Source: Acidimicrobiaceae bacterium (GTDB lineage Bacteria; Actinomycetota; Acidimicrobiia; Acidimicrobiales; Poriferisodalaceae). From it: a stretch of 64,000 nt of DNA. A program made the translations under genes and the position numbers. The stretch's first letter is position 1; each line of letters starts with the position of its first letter. The notes beneath the pieces are model-generated. The model was not told the DNA's origin. It searched no databases and was given only the letters and a program-made list of their open reading frames with translations. Location: assembly GCA_002719335.1 (NCBI GenBank), contig PBHE01000002.1:20612-84611 (forward strand), written 5' to 3'. Positions 46,138 through 56,136 of the stretch are shown one piece after another.

Positions 46138-47403
46138 TTATTGCGACCGGTTCATATCCGCAGATCGCCCCATAGCGAGAACTTCCCTATGGGTTAGAAC
46201 CCACAGGGCAAGGGCGACCAGACCCGTGGATGCCATCAAGACGACTGCGCCAGAAGCTCCAACGCGTTCGGCTATCTCACCGAGCAGAAACGTCCCAATT
46301 GGCAGAGCTCCGATAGCCATGCTGAGAAGACCCATAGCGCGTCCGCGCATGTTGATGTCCACAGTTGTAAGGACCAGTGTTGATTGGGTAGCGGCAAAAA
46401 ATCCGGATCCCATTGTCGCGAGAAACAATGCAAGAGCAGCCGTCGACACAGAGGTGCTCGTTGCAAATGGGATGAGCATGGCCATGCCAAATGCGACACC
46501 ACCTACATAGACCAGTCCTCGACGTTTCGGTTCCCAGAGCCCGATAGCCAAAGATCCGACCATCATGCCGAATCCCGTCATGGCTGCGATAAGTCCGATC
46601 TGGCTGGGGCTTGCTCCTATGCGATCTCCGATGCGTTGAACGGCTGGGAAATAGGCAAACAGGAAGAAGTTCGCGATGAAGGTGATGCCGAGGATGCTGC
46701 GAAGTCCTTTGTTTGTTCGAAAGAGTGACAAGCCGGCACGGAGTTCCTGAACCGTTGAGGACCTACTTTGGTGCTGTTCAGCTTGAGTCCCACTCGTTCG
46801 AGGGACCCAATTGAGCGCTATGAAGCCCACTATTAGGAGGCCAGCAACTACAAGGAACCCCTCCCCCACACCGAAGCTCTGGGCGACGCTTCCGCCTATG
46901 AGGTTGCCTACAGCCACGCCGGTGGCGAGCGCAAACGATTCGTATGCCATGGCGTTATCCAGCCTCTGGTTACCAACTAGTTCAAACACCAGTGCTCGGC
47001 GGCTGGTCATGTCTCCAACCCAACCAATCCCAGCTAGGAGTAAAAACGGGTAGATGACCCAGAGTCGAAGCGAGTCGTTCAGTTCCAACACGCCAACTAT
47101 GACGACCACCGGCACGAGCAGCACAAGTTGCAAACGAACGGTTCGTAAACGGTCAAAGCGATCTGCGATAACCCCACCGAGGGCGCCCCCCAAAAGCAGT
47201 GGAGCCCACATAGTCGTCCCGGTGAGTTGGACCATTCGGGGCGAGTCGGTTATGTCATTAACCCAAAAGGCCGACAAAAAGGCGATCCCCCAACGCGCCC
47301 AATGCCAGCACATACCCGCAAATAGGAGCGGAACGAACCCTTGAACGGCAGTGGCGCTACGGTCGCGACGTGATCCTGACTTCGCCGCACTCGGTTCAAG
47401 CAT
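46138..47403 (-). CDS. MFS transporter
   Basis: It is 421 aa and hydrophobic, with about 12 TM stretches. The loop motif VIADRFDRLR is present. Confidence 0.8.
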   Translation of the reverse strand: MLEPSAAKSGSRRDRSATAVQGFVPLLFAGMCWHWARWGIAFLSAFWVNDITDSPRMVQLTGTTMWAPLLLGGALGGVIADRFDRLRTVRLQLVLLVPVVVIVGVLELNDSLRLWVIYPFLLLAGIGWVGDMTSRRALVFELVGNQRLDNAMAYESFALATGVAVGNLIGGSVAQSFGVGEGFLVVAGLLIVGFIALNWVPRTSGTQAEQHQSRSSTVQELRAGLSLFRTNKGLRSILGITFIANFFLFAYFPAVQRIGDRIGASPSQIGLIAAMTGFGMMVGSLAIGLWEPKRRGLVYVGGVAFGMAMLIPFATSTSVSTAALALFLATMGSGFFAATQSTLVLTTVDINMRGRAMGLLSMAIGALPIGTFLLGEIAERVGASGAVVLMASTGLVALALWVLTHREVLAMGRSADMNRSQ

Positions 47404-47443
47404 CGCCGGAGCCTACGACTCGTAAAGCAACAATGCTGGTTGG

Positions 47444-47478
47444 TTGCAAACTGCGCCTACGATCATCTCAGTTTGCGA
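47444..47478. promoter_or_regulatory. 10-nt inverted repeat (9/10 match) in a divergent promoter region, an operator candidate
   Basis: TTGCAAACTG (47444-47453) and CAGTTTGCGA (47469-47478) are separated by 15 nt. They lie between the MFS gene (minus) and the dehydrogenase gene (plus). Confidence 0.3.
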
Positions 47479-47577
47479 TGGAGGATCCGTGTTAGCTGCG
47501 ACCAACACCACCATGCCCTACACAGTTAATTTGGTTACCAGGGGAGCTGTCGTTATCGCGATGCGGAGGCGGGGAAT

Positions 47578-48627
47578 GTGACTACGTCCATTCGAGTTTG
47601 CGTTATTCCAGGTGACGACGCGGCGCCAGAGGCCATGCAAGCTTCACTACGAGTGCTTGATTGTCTGGACCTTCCAATTGATTGGGATTATGTGCCATCA
47701 GGCCGCGACCTAGCCGAGTTGTGTACCGCAGAGCGCGAGGCTCTCGTGCATGCCCAAATCGACGCCTCTGACACAGTGCTTTTCGGTGCCACGAACGGAA
47801 CAACGCCAGGCGCTCGATATTTGAGGTGGGGCAAGCTGACATTCGCCAATGTTCGACCTATTCAATGGCGCCCGGGTTTTCGGTCGCCACTGAGAGAGGC
47901 CGAAGAAATCGATTACGTCATCGTTCGAGAGAACCTTGAGGATATGTACGTCGGAGTCATGGGCGAGGCAAAAGATCTACTTAAGGCAGGCCTCGCTGAC
48001 GTCAGGTCCCGGCTACCTGTAGGCGCTGAGGATGGTAGGTTCGCAGCGAAAATCATCACTCGGCCAGGTACCGAGCAAGTGACGCGCTTTGCTTGTGAAC
48101 TAGCACTCCAGAGGAAAGCGAAACTCACGGTCTCCGCAAAAACCAACATGCTTCCCGCAACGGATCGGTGGTTCTGTGAGATTGCCCGAGAAATAGCTCA
48201 GGATTACGCAGGACTGGAATACGAAGAATTCATTGTTGATGACATGGCTCATCGGTTAGTGATCCGACCACAGGACATTGACGTCCTACTTCTGCCGAAT
48301 CTTTACGGTGATGTTCTCTCAGATTTAGGTGCCGGGACCATCGGTGGACTAGGACTCGCTCCATCTGGATGCTACGGAAACGAATTCGCTTATTTCGAAT
48401 CTGCGCACGGAACTGCGCCTGACATTGCTGGCATGGGAATCATCAACCCGACGGCGACGTTGCTATCGGCAGCCATGATGCTCCGCTATTTGGACCTCAA
48501 TACCGCTGCTGATCGTCTAAACAATGCCATTGGGAACGTCTATCTCTCCGGATCTGTGCTGACGCCAGATCAGGGCGGTGACGCTGGAACAGAGAATTTT
48601 GCTGACGCCGTAATCGGAGCACTGTGA
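47578..48627 (+). CDS. isocitrate/isopropylmalate/tartrate dehydrogenase-family (beta-decarboxylating) dehydrogenase
   Basis: It has IRVCVIPGDDAAPE at the N-terminus and NLYGDVLSDLGAGTIGGLGLAPS. The start is GTG. Confidence 0.8.
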   Translation: MTTSIRVCVIPGDDAAPEAMQASLRVLDCLDLPIDWDYVPSGRDLAELCTAEREALVHAQIDASDTVLFGATNGTTPGARYLRWGKLTFANVRPIQWRPGFRSPLREAEEIDYVIVRENLEDMYVGVMGEAKDLLKAGLADVRSRLPVGAEDGRFAAKIITRPGTEQVTRFACELALQRKAKLTVSAKTNMLPATDRWFCEIAREIAQDYAGLEYEEFIVDDMAHRLVIRPQDIDVLLLPNLYGDVLSDLGAGTIGGLGLAPSGCYGNEFAYFESAHGTAPDIAGMGIINPTATLLSAAMMLRYLDLNTAADRLNNAIGNVYLSGSVLTPDQGGDAGTENFADAVIGAL

Positions 48628-49739
48628 CTAACACCGACGACCATTCACCTCGAGGAATTCCTGATGATCGCCCTGGCGACAATCAACCTGAAGGCCCGAT
48701 CGCTTTTCGTGTGGACCAACTCCGCCCATGGGGAATCGCGGCCTATGAGGCAGCCGGTATGGCAGCCCTCGACGCGGCGACGGTGGTTGATAATCAGCTG
48801 TGGTCTGACCTACGGGGCGTCGACACCCACGGGTTTCAAAGAGTGAGCTGGTACATCAACTGGTTCCGGGACGGATCGACCGATCCCAGGGCTCAGTTAC
48901 ACATCGTGCAGGAAACTCCGGCGGTGGTCGTAGCAGACGGCAACCACGGACTCGGGCAACTTGTAATCACCCGATTTATGGACCACCTAATAGACGTGGT
49001 TTCCAACAGCGGAATGGTCGCCGGTGTTATCCGCAACTCCAACGACTGGGGATGCGGTGCGAACTACCCCTACCGGGCCGCTCAAGCCGGATTTGTTTGC
49101 TTTGGCACTACCACCAGCGTCCCGAATCTCGCACCGTTCGGAAGTAGGAGAAAGTTATTTGGAAACAATCCAATTGTGTGGACGTTCCCCAGGCGAGACC
49201 AGGCACCAATCGTTCTTGACATGGCTCTGACCCCTGTTGCTCTAGGAAAGGTTCTGCGGGCCCGCTCAGAAGGAACAGAGATCCCCGAGGCGTGGGGGTT
49301 TTTGGACCGTGAAGGCAACCCCACAGTAGATCCCGACGTAGCAATGAAAGGCATCGTGCCAGCGATTGGCGGGTACAAGGGGATCGGAATGATTACCGCT
49401 TCCAATGTTTTGGCTGGCATTCTTTCCGGTTCAGCTCACAGCGGCGACGTTGCCGTGGGTCGAAGAGGCCAGTTCTTTCTACTCATGGATCCCAAGATTT
49501 TCAGAGACCGCGACGAGTACTACGACGACATCGAAGACATGGTCAACCAAATTCGTGCCGCCGGCGAAGAAGACGCTCTACCGGGCCAGCAGGTCTACCT
49601 TCCCGGTGAGATAGAGCAACAAACTATGGACCGACGAACCCTTGAAGGAGTCGTCTCCTATCCGGGTTCGGTAGTCAGAGCACTTAGCAAAATAGGTGAT
49701 GAGGTCGGCGTACCGTTCGAGTGTGACGCGGTGAACTAA
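48624..49739 (+). CDS. Ldh_2-family (malate/L-lactate/sulfolactate dehydrogenase type 2) oxidoreductase
   Basis: It has GVDTHGFQRVSWYINWF and the later PIGGYKG-like AIGGYKGIGM. It has a 4-nt overlap with the upstream gene. Confidence 0.7.
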   Translation: MTNTDDHSPRGIPDDRPGDNQPEGPIAFRVDQLRPWGIAAYEAAGMAALDAATVVDNQLWSDLRGVDTHGFQRVSWYINWFRDGSTDPRAQLHIVQETPAVVVADGNHGLGQLVITRFMDHLIDVVSNSGMVAGVIRNSNDWGCGANYPYRAAQAGFVCFGTTTSVPNLAPFGSRRKLFGNNPIVWTFPRRDQAPIVLDMALTPVALGKVLRARSEGTEIPEAWGFLDREGNPTVDPDVAMKGIVPAIGGYKGIGMITASNVLAGILSGSAHSGDVAVGRRGQFFLLMDPKIFRDRDEYYDDIEDMVNQIRAAGEEDALPGQQVYLPGEIEQQTMDRRTLEGVVSYPGSVVRALSKIGDEVGVPFECDAVN

Positions 49740-49770
49740 GTCTCTGTGGGCGGGTCATCTCACTACAGGC

Positions 49771-51426
49771 TCATTCCTCTTTTCGAGCGCGTTGGTGTGC
49801 CGGCAAGGCAAGGTGAATAGGAGCCAAGAAGTCCATGTCGATATCAAGAACGCTTGGCCCTTGACGTTCGAGGGCCCTCGCCAACGCTGGTTCGAATTGC
49901 TCAACTCCTTCGACTCTCTCCGCGTCGACTCCCATTCCCTCCGCAACTTTGACGAAATCGACGGTTGGCAACTCGGTGCCATGTTTACGGCCCAGCACAT
50001 TGTCTTGAATAATGCGCAATATGTTGTAGCCCGAGTCGTTAAAAACAAGCACGATCACTGGAATTTGGTGTTCAGCGCAAGCCGACAATTCGCCGATAGA
50101 TAATTGGAGGCCACCATCACCTTGCACAATGAGGGTGTGGCATCCACTTCCAATAGCTGCGCCCATGCCTAGGGGCAATCCTGGTCCGATAGCGACCGCG
50201 GCCGGACGAATAGAGGTGCGGCTTTGAACAATTGGGAGCAAACGGTTGCCCCAGGTGTAGTTGGGCACGGTTGAGTCACGAACGACTGGGGAATTTTCCG
50301 GAAGCAACCGCCGGATAATCGAAACAATCTGGCTGTGGTCTGCTCCGACTTCTTCGCGAACCGCTTGCTCATCGGATGCTCGAATTTTGAGGCAGCGCTC
50401 GACAAACTGATCATCGACGTTGCCCTCGTCGATTCGATTAAGCAACCCGTCAAGCCCGAGTTTTGCATCTCCAACCACGGCCACAGCTGCCGGGTAGTTG
50501 CGGCCAATAACTTCAGGGTCAACGTCGATGTGCACAAGTTTTTCCGGCATAGGAAGACTCCAGACACGCGTGGCGTAGTTCTGAAACCTCGTGCCTACCG
50601 CAAGCACCGCGTCCGCTTCTTCGAAAATTTCCATACCCGAAACCCGGTCGGTACGAAATCCAAGGCTGAGCCGATGTGCTTCGGAAATTGAGCCGCGTCC
50701 TTCAATTGTCGTAACAACAGGGGCGCCGAGCCGTTCAGCGAAAGCAGTCAACTCTTCTCCGGCACCTGAGATATTGACACCACCGCCTGCCCATACGACC
50801 GGACGTTCAGCATTTCGCAGTATCTCCGCTGCTTGATCTAGCAGTGCTTCATCGGGCACCACACGTTCAACTGTCGATGAACCAATGATCTCGATATCAG
50901 TGGTTCGATACTGAAGGTCGATCGGGATCTCTATTGCGCCTGGCTGTGGACGACCACGACGAATATCGTCTGCGACTCGCGCCAATTCCCTACTGATGTC
51001 TTCGGTGTAGCGAATAGAGGCCACCGACCTGCACAGAGTGTTGAGCATCTCGGGCTGCTTCTCGTGTTCGTGGAGAAAGCCCTTCCCTTTGCCGCGGAAT
51101 CGGGACTCAATCTGTCCAGTAATCATCATGACCCGCGAGGAGACAAAAGCGGCTTCGTAGATTCCGGGCACCGCGTTGACTGCGCCAGGCCCCGTTGACG
51201 TCAGAATCACCCCTAGTCCACCAGTAACGCGCGAATAAGCGTCAGCCGCGTGTGCTGCAGCTTGTTCGTGGCGCACGTTGACTACTTCGATACCCGGTTT
51301 GAGCGAGAGCGCGTCGTAGATGGGCAAATTGTGAACACTCACAATGCCAAAAACGTGTTTCACGCCTATGGCAGAGAGCGTCTCGGCGACAGCTTGACCG
51401 CCAGTCATCATCGTCATAGTGGGCAC
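49771..51426 (-). CDS. thiamine-diphosphate-dependent enzyme (acetolactate synthase large-subunit-like)
   Basis: The N-terminal Pyr domain has GQAVAETLSAIGVKHVFGIV...TSTGPGAVNAV. The C-terminal TPP motif is GDGGLQLSIGELS...NDSGYN. Confidence 0.8.
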   Translation of the reverse strand: MPTMTMMTGGQAVAETLSAIGVKHVFGIVSVHNLPIYDALSLKPGIEVVNVRHEQAAAHAADAYSRVTGGLGVILTSTGPGAVNAVPGIYEAAFVSSRVMMITGQIESRFRGKGKGFLHEHEKQPEMLNTLCRSVASIRYTEDISRELARVADDIRRGRPQPGAIEIPIDLQYRTTDIEIIGSSTVERVVPDEALLDQAAEILRNAERPVVWAGGGVNISGAGEELTAFAERLGAPVVTTIEGRGSISEAHRLSLGFRTDRVSGMEIFEEADAVLAVGTRFQNYATRVWSLPMPEKLVHIDVDPEVIGRNYPAAVAVVGDAKLGLDGLLNRIDEGNVDDQFVERCLKIRASDEQAVREEVGADHSQIVSIIRRLLPENSPVVRDSTVPNYTWGNRLLPIVQSRTSIRPAAVAIGPGLPLGMGAAIGSGCHTLIVQGDGGLQLSIGELSACAEHQIPVIVLVFNDSGYNILRIIQDNVLGRKHGTELPTVDFVKVAEGMGVDAERVEGVEQFEPALARALERQGPSVLDIDMDFLAPIHLALPAHQRARKEE

Positions 51427-51451
51427 ACGGTAGCTCCCACCCGCTTGTCTT

Positions 51452-52987
51452 TCAGGACACGAGCAGAGCGTCGCTTATCGACTGCAAGCGTTGCTCTGAA
51501 TGTGTGACCGCGGCATCAATGCCATAGTGCTCGTGGGCGCTGCGGTATCGGCCATCGATCCATCGAACGGAAACAGTGCCGGAACCCATGAAAGCGGGGT
51601 GTTTGACTCCGCACGCGAACGACAACCGCAACAGTTCACTACGGAGACCCGAGACATAGTTCGCTAACCGCACCCCTTTGTCAGTCGGGTCAAGACCTCT
51701 TTGAAGCCACTTGGATTGAGTTGCTACACCGGTAGGGCAATGACCTGTGTGACATTTCTGCGCTTGCAGGCAGCCAATCGCAAGCATGGCTTCACGGCCA
51801 ACATTCACCATGTCGACACCCATAGCCATAGCCATCGCTGCTTGTGCGGGAAGCCCGAGACGTCCAGCTCCCATGAATACGACTGCGTCGGTGAGAGCGA
51901 CTTCCGCAAAAGCGTTATACGCCACAGCAAAAGCTTCCCAGAACGGCAGGGCTACGTGATCTGAGAAGACTAAAGGCCCGGCACCGGTGCCTCCTTCGCC
52001 GCCATCGATATTGATGAAGTCCGGTCCGCGACCAGTTTCAGCCATATATCGAGCTAGGTGGGTCCAAAAATCTGCTTGCCCGACGGCAGACTTGATGCCG
52101 ATCGGCAATCCGGTGATCGCCGCTAATTCCTCAACAAACGCGACAAGACTGACGACGTCAGAAAAGGCTGAATGCCCACCCGGACTAGCCACGTCTCGTC
52201 CTTGGGGAACGCCACGCACTTCTGCTATCTCGGCGGTCACTTTCGCCGCGGGTAAAAATCCACCCATGCCCGGTTTAGCACCTTGGCTCAACTTGATTTC
52301 AATCGCTCGAACGGGAGCCGCCGCGACCGTTTTGAGGAGCGCGTCGGCACAAAAATTTCCGTCGTCATCGCGACATCCGAAATACCCAGTACCGAACTGA
52401 AAGATCAGTTCTCCCCCATGAAGGTGGTGGTCAGCTATTCCACCTTCACCCGTGTTGTGAAGACAACCATCGATCGCTGCGCCACGATTGAGTGCTTGAA
52501 CCGCCGCTCCTGAAAGCGAGCCAAAGCTCATTCCGGACAAGTTCACCGCTGACTGCGGGCGAAAGGCGCCCGGACGGCTTCGCCATTGACCCAAAACTTT
52601 CGTGCATCGGATAGGAGCCGACGGAGGAACCGGTTCCAGAATTGGAAACGGAGAGTGGAGGAAAACGACACGATTTGCCTCCGTCAGGTCATCATCGGTC
52701 CCGAAACCGAAATACGAGTTCTCTTTCTTAGCTGTCGCATATACCCATCGTCGTTCATCGCGACTGAAAGGTTTCTCTTCGTCATTGTCGGCCACGATGT
52801 ATTGACGAAGCTCAGGACCAATCCGTTCGATGAGGTACCTCAGGCGGCCAATCAGCGGGAAGTTTCGCAATATGGCATGCCGGCGCTGGACAAGGTCATA
52901 CAGGGCTAGCGCCAACAGCGCTGCCACAAGAATTAGTAACCACGACCACCAAGCCATGTCCTTGACGCTAGCCGTATGGCGGAGCAA
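51452..52987 (-). CDS. FMN-binding glutamate-synthase-domain (GltB domain 2-like) protein with an N-terminal membrane anchor
   Basis: The N-terminal hydrophobic helix is WWSWLLILVAALLALALY. It has QGAKPGMGGFLPAAKV and GGEGGTGA motifs. Confidence 0.75.
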   Translation of the reverse strand: MLRHTASVKDMAWWSWLLILVAALLALALYDLVQRRHAILRNFPLIGRLRYLIERIGPELRQYIVADNDEEKPFSRDERRWVYATAKKENSYFGFGTDDDLTEANRVVFLHSPFPILEPVPPSAPIRCTKVLGQWRSRPGAFRPQSAVNLSGMSFGSLSGAAVQALNRGAAIDGCLHNTGEGGIADHHLHGGELIFQFGTGYFGCRDDDGNFCADALLKTVAAAPVRAIEIKLSQGAKPGMGGFLPAAKVTAEIAEVRGVPQGRDVASPGGHSAFSDVVSLVAFVEELAAITGLPIGIKSAVGQADFWTHLARYMAETGRGPDFINIDGGEGGTGAGPLVFSDHVALPFWEAFAVAYNAFAEVALTDAVVFMGAGRLGLPAQAAMAMAMGVDMVNVGREAMLAIGCLQAQKCHTGHCPTGVATQSKWLQRGLDPTDKGVRLANYVSGLRSELLRLSFACGVKHPAFMGSGTVSVRWIDGRYRSAHEHYGIDAAVTHSEQRLQSISDALLVS

Positions 52988-52988
52988 T

Positions 52989-53903
52989 TCACTCCGAGTT
53001 TGCCCCGCATATCACTAACACACCGTGCTCATGTGGCGATATTGAGGTCTTGCCTGAAAGCAGTCCGGCGAGACCGGCGGCGCCAGCCGGTTCAGATGGA
53101 ATACCGAATTCAGTTGCGAGCACATGTTGAGCGGCTGCTACTTCTTCATCGCTAACAACGACACTCTCTGCTTGGGAAGACACAAGCGCATTCCAACCAA
53201 GATTGCCTATGCGACGAGCCCCCAAGGAGTCCGCGGCCAACCCCGATACTTCAACATCAACTGGTTCGCCCGCGGCTCGGGCTTTAGCCCAAGTTTGCGT
53301 TCCTTCGGTTTCTACGGCGATTAGTCGTTTACTAGTCCCCCACCACGTCGCTAGTCCACCTGCGAGGCCGCCACCTCCGCAAGCCACAATCACCGTTGTC
53401 GCGTCAGGCACCTGGGCATCTATTTCCATAGCGATGGTTCCAGCACCCGACACGACTTCTGCTTGATCGTAGGCATGTAATTCAACGCAATTGCGACCTT
53501 GGGTGAACTGGCGTGCTGCAGAGAGCGCATCGTGGTACTCGCGTCCAGCCACATGTACTTGTGCATCGTATGACTTCAGCTTTTCGAGCTTGTGCGGTGA
53601 GATGACCGATGGCACGAAGATATTGGCAGGGTATCGGAGGCTTCTCGCCGCCCAAGCGACTGCTGCTCCGTGATTTCCCCCGGAGGCGGCAATCACGCCG
53701 TCTGTACCGACTTCAGTGCAGAGCAGGGCATTCATTGCCCCTCGCGCTTTGAACGATCCGCTGTGTTGGAGATGCTCAAGCTTGAGGGTAAGCCGATGAG
53801 ATAAGCGCAATGATTCGCCATCCAGGGAGCGAACCGGGGTGGTGACAATGTGCCCGTTTAGTCGTTCAGCAGCACTCGCAATCGCATGTCTATCTAACTT
53901 CAC
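52989..53903 (-). CDS. PLP-dependent (fold type II) threonine/serine dehydratase-like enzyme
   Basis: It has the lysine motif [10 protein letters not shown] and the Gly-rich phosphate loop ASGGNHGAA. Confidence 0.8.
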   Translation of the reverse strand: MKLDRHAIASAAERLNGHIVTTPVRSLDGESLRLSHRLTLKLEHLQHSGSFKARGAMNALLCTEVGTDGVIAASGGNHGAAVAWAARSLRYPANIFVPSVISPHKLEKLKSYDAQVHVAGREYHDALSAARQFTQGRNCVELHAYDQAEVVSGAGTIAMEIDAQVPDATTVIVACGGGGLAGGLATWWGTSKRLIAVETEGTQTWAKARAAGEPVDVEVSGLAADSLGARRIGNLGWNALVSSQAESVVVSDEEVAAAQHVLATEFGIPSEPAGAAGLAGLLSGKTSISPHEHGVLVICGANSE

Positions 53904-55360
53904 GCGTTTGGCCAGGCGTCATCCGCTAGAAATCGCTCGACACGGTCCACGTATTCACTTCGGTCGTATACCCCATAGAGGGCGTGTTTCATACGGACCG
54001 GATCACCAAAGAAGAAGCGTTCGTACAAACTCTGTCGACCCCCGAATCCCGAGATGGTCATATCCCAGGCGAGCCTAAACAAGCGCAGGCGTTCTTCAGC
54101 TGAGCCATTTTTCCCTTGAAGGAACTTGGCGATGTCTCCACTTCGTTCACCGGTCCAGTCGGCTTCGCTAGGAATCATGATCAGACCACTTGACGAACAA
54201 AGTTGAAGGACTTCCATCAACCTTTTGTGGACTGCTGGATAGTGATTTCGAGCAGCATCTAACGGACCTCTCGCTGGGGTCATCACACCGAATTCATTTA
54301 TTGTTGCCTCCTCTTCAGAAGCAAGCTTCAAAGCTTTCATGATTTCGAGCGTGATGATTACTTCGGCAACCATTTCTTGGACGTGCGGATAGTGGCCAGT
54401 TCCGATCATGTCGACGACTGCTTGAAGTGTTCCGAGAATGGCTTCCGTTTTGGCAATCTTGAGATTCACCACTTGGTGGGCCATATGTAGCACCGCACCT
54501 GTTCGCGCATAGGCCTGGTTCGCCCTATCCACGTCTCGGGTCAAGAAAACTCGTTCCCAGGGAACAATGACGTCGTCGAAGATGACCATGGCGTCAAGTT
54601 CGTCGAAACGCGAACCTAAGGGATGATCGACATGACTGCGACCTTGATCCAAGGGTTCACGGCACTGGAATCGTAACCCTGGAGTGTTATTGGGTAGAGA
54701 GAACCCGAGTGCGTAAGGCCGCAGTTCGTCGCCGCCCTGAAGGACCGTAGACGGGAATATCAGGATCTCGTCAGAGATTGGCAACGTCGCTAACATCCGC
54801 GCGCCTCGAACCAAAATACCTTCGCTAGTTTCCTCAACTAGCCCCAGGGCGATAAACGGGTCGTCAAATTCGTTAGCTTGCTTCGACTTGTCAACCTGGG
54901 GGTTCGTGAGAGCGTGGGTGAGCGCAAGGTCGTTCTCTCGCACGTATTCGAAATAATTTCTGATGTTTTCGCCGAAGCGGTCATCTACTTGATCAAAATA
55001 TGCTCCCGCCATTCCGGCGGCCATGACGTTGACGTTCATGTAGTCGGGCGACCTGCCCATATGTCCGAGACTTGCATCAGCCCATACCTTGTGCATCTGA
55101 GAGCGTTTACGAAGGTCATCTTTATTTTCCGGCACGATGAAACTGCGGCCAACCAAGTCTCCCGAAGACGGAGACTTGAAAGTCATGACGTCTATTAGAT
55201 CGTCTTGGTGTTGAAGGTCGTATAGGGCCGCAAGGGATTCGACAGCGTTTCGGGTTTTGGGGTGGCAAGTGGGGTCCTCTACGGGTTCACCTTCAAGCCA
55301 CAGATTCGGCGGCTGGGATCGCAGCCGCTCAATGACCTGCTTTCCAGTTCTTGCGGGCAT
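53900..55360 (-). CDS. 4-hydroxyphenylacetate 3-hydroxylase (HpaB) family flavin-dependent monooxygenase, oxygenase component
   Basis: It is about 486 aa. It has [13 protein letters not shown] and overall HpaB-like segments. The ATG at 55360 has AGGAG 5 nt upstream (the track start is GTG 55366). Confidence 0.7.
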   Translation of the reverse strand: MPARTGKQVIERLRSQPPNLWLEGEPVEDPTCHPKTRNAVESLAALYDLQHQDDLIDVMTFKSPSSGDLVGRSFIVPENKDDLRKRSQMHKVWADASLGHMGRSPDYMNVNVMAAGMAGAYFDQVDDRFGENIRNYFEYVRENDLALTHALTNPQVDKSKQANEFDDPFIALGLVEETSEGILVRGARMLATLPISDEILIFPSTVLQGGDELRPYALGFSLPNNTPGLRFQCREPLDQGRSHVDHPLGSRFDELDAMVIFDDVIVPWERVFLTRDVDRANQAYARTGAVLHMAHQVVNLKIAKTEAILGTLQAVVDMIGTGHYPHVQEMVAEVIITLEIMKALKLASEEEATINEFGVMTPARGPLDAARNHYPAVHKRLMEVLQLCSSSGLIMIPSEADWTGERSGDIAKFLQGKNGSAEERLRLFRLAWDMTISGFGGRQSLYERFFFGDPVRMKHALYGVYDRSEYVDRVERFLADDAWPNA

Positions 55361-55415
55361 AAGCACTCCTGAAGTTTCACCGATTACACTATTATTCGAA
55401 TATAGATCATAGTAA

Positions 55416-55426
55416 CCGATTATCGG
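55416..55426. promoter_or_regulatory. small palindrome CCGAT-T-ATCGG plus a direct repeat ACCGATTA in a divergent AT-rich promoter region
   Basis: The palindrome lies at 55416-55426. ACCGATTA occurs at 55379-55386 and 55415-55422. The site lies between the hpaB-like gene (minus) and the IclR gene (plus). Confidence 0.25.
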
Positions 55427-55443
55427 ATACGCTATTTCTCAGC

Positions 55444-56136
55444 ATGTCTCCTAATCGCCAACCCGACTCAAGTCGGTCCCAAACTCTCGATCGCGGATTA
55501 ACCGCCCTAGCGATTATCGCCACCTCCGAGACCCCGCTAACGATCGCCGAGGTAGCCACACATCTGAGACTGGGGCGCTCTGTGACTTACCGAATGATTC
55601 GCACACTTGAGGATCATCGCTTGGTAACACGCGATGCATCGGGCCGTCTTACAGGCGGGACTCAGCTGGTCGCACTAGCCCGCGGAGTAAGAAACGACAT
55701 GCAAGCGGCCGCCGCGCCCATCCTTTTAAAACTCGCAAACTTTTTAGGAATGACGGCCTTCCTCGTAGTGTCAGACAGCGATGAGGCCGTGACCGTGCAA
55801 GTAGTCGAACCCACAAGCACAGCAGCCCACGTCGCCTACCGGCCAGGGACCCGCCATCCGCTTAACCGCGGCGCGCCGGGAATTGCTCTTCTAGCCGGCG
55901 ATGTGCCGAAAACAAGCGAACGCTCGGAAGTTACCCAAGCGCGAGTGTCAGGATGGGCTTATTCGGAAGGCGAGGTCATTGAAGGCATGGCCTCCATCGC
56001 CGCGCCGGTGACCTCCGCCGACAGCGCCGCCAAGGCCGCTGTCGCAATCGTGCACCTCGCGGCCGGGCTTGACTCCATTCAAGTCGCCCCTCGAGTAGTA
56101 GAGGCTGCGCGATGTTTAGGCGCTGAACTCGCTTAA
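55444..56136 (+). CDS. IclR-family transcriptional regulator
   Basis: The N-terminal wHTH is LDRGLTALAIIATSETPLTIAEVATHLRLGRSVTYRMIRTLED. The C-terminal effector domain ends in GMASIAAPV. Confidence 0.8.
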   Translation: MSPNRQPDSSRSQTLDRGLTALAIIATSETPLTIAEVATHLRLGRSVTYRMIRTLEDHRLVTRDASGRLTGGTQLVALARGVRNDMQAAAAPILLKLANFLGMTAFLVVSDSDEAVTVQVVEPTSTAAHVAYRPGTRHPLNRGAPGIALLAGDVPKTSERSEVTQARVSGWAYSEGEVIEGMASIAAPVTSADSAAKAAVAIVHLAAGLDSIQVAPRVVEAARCLGAELA

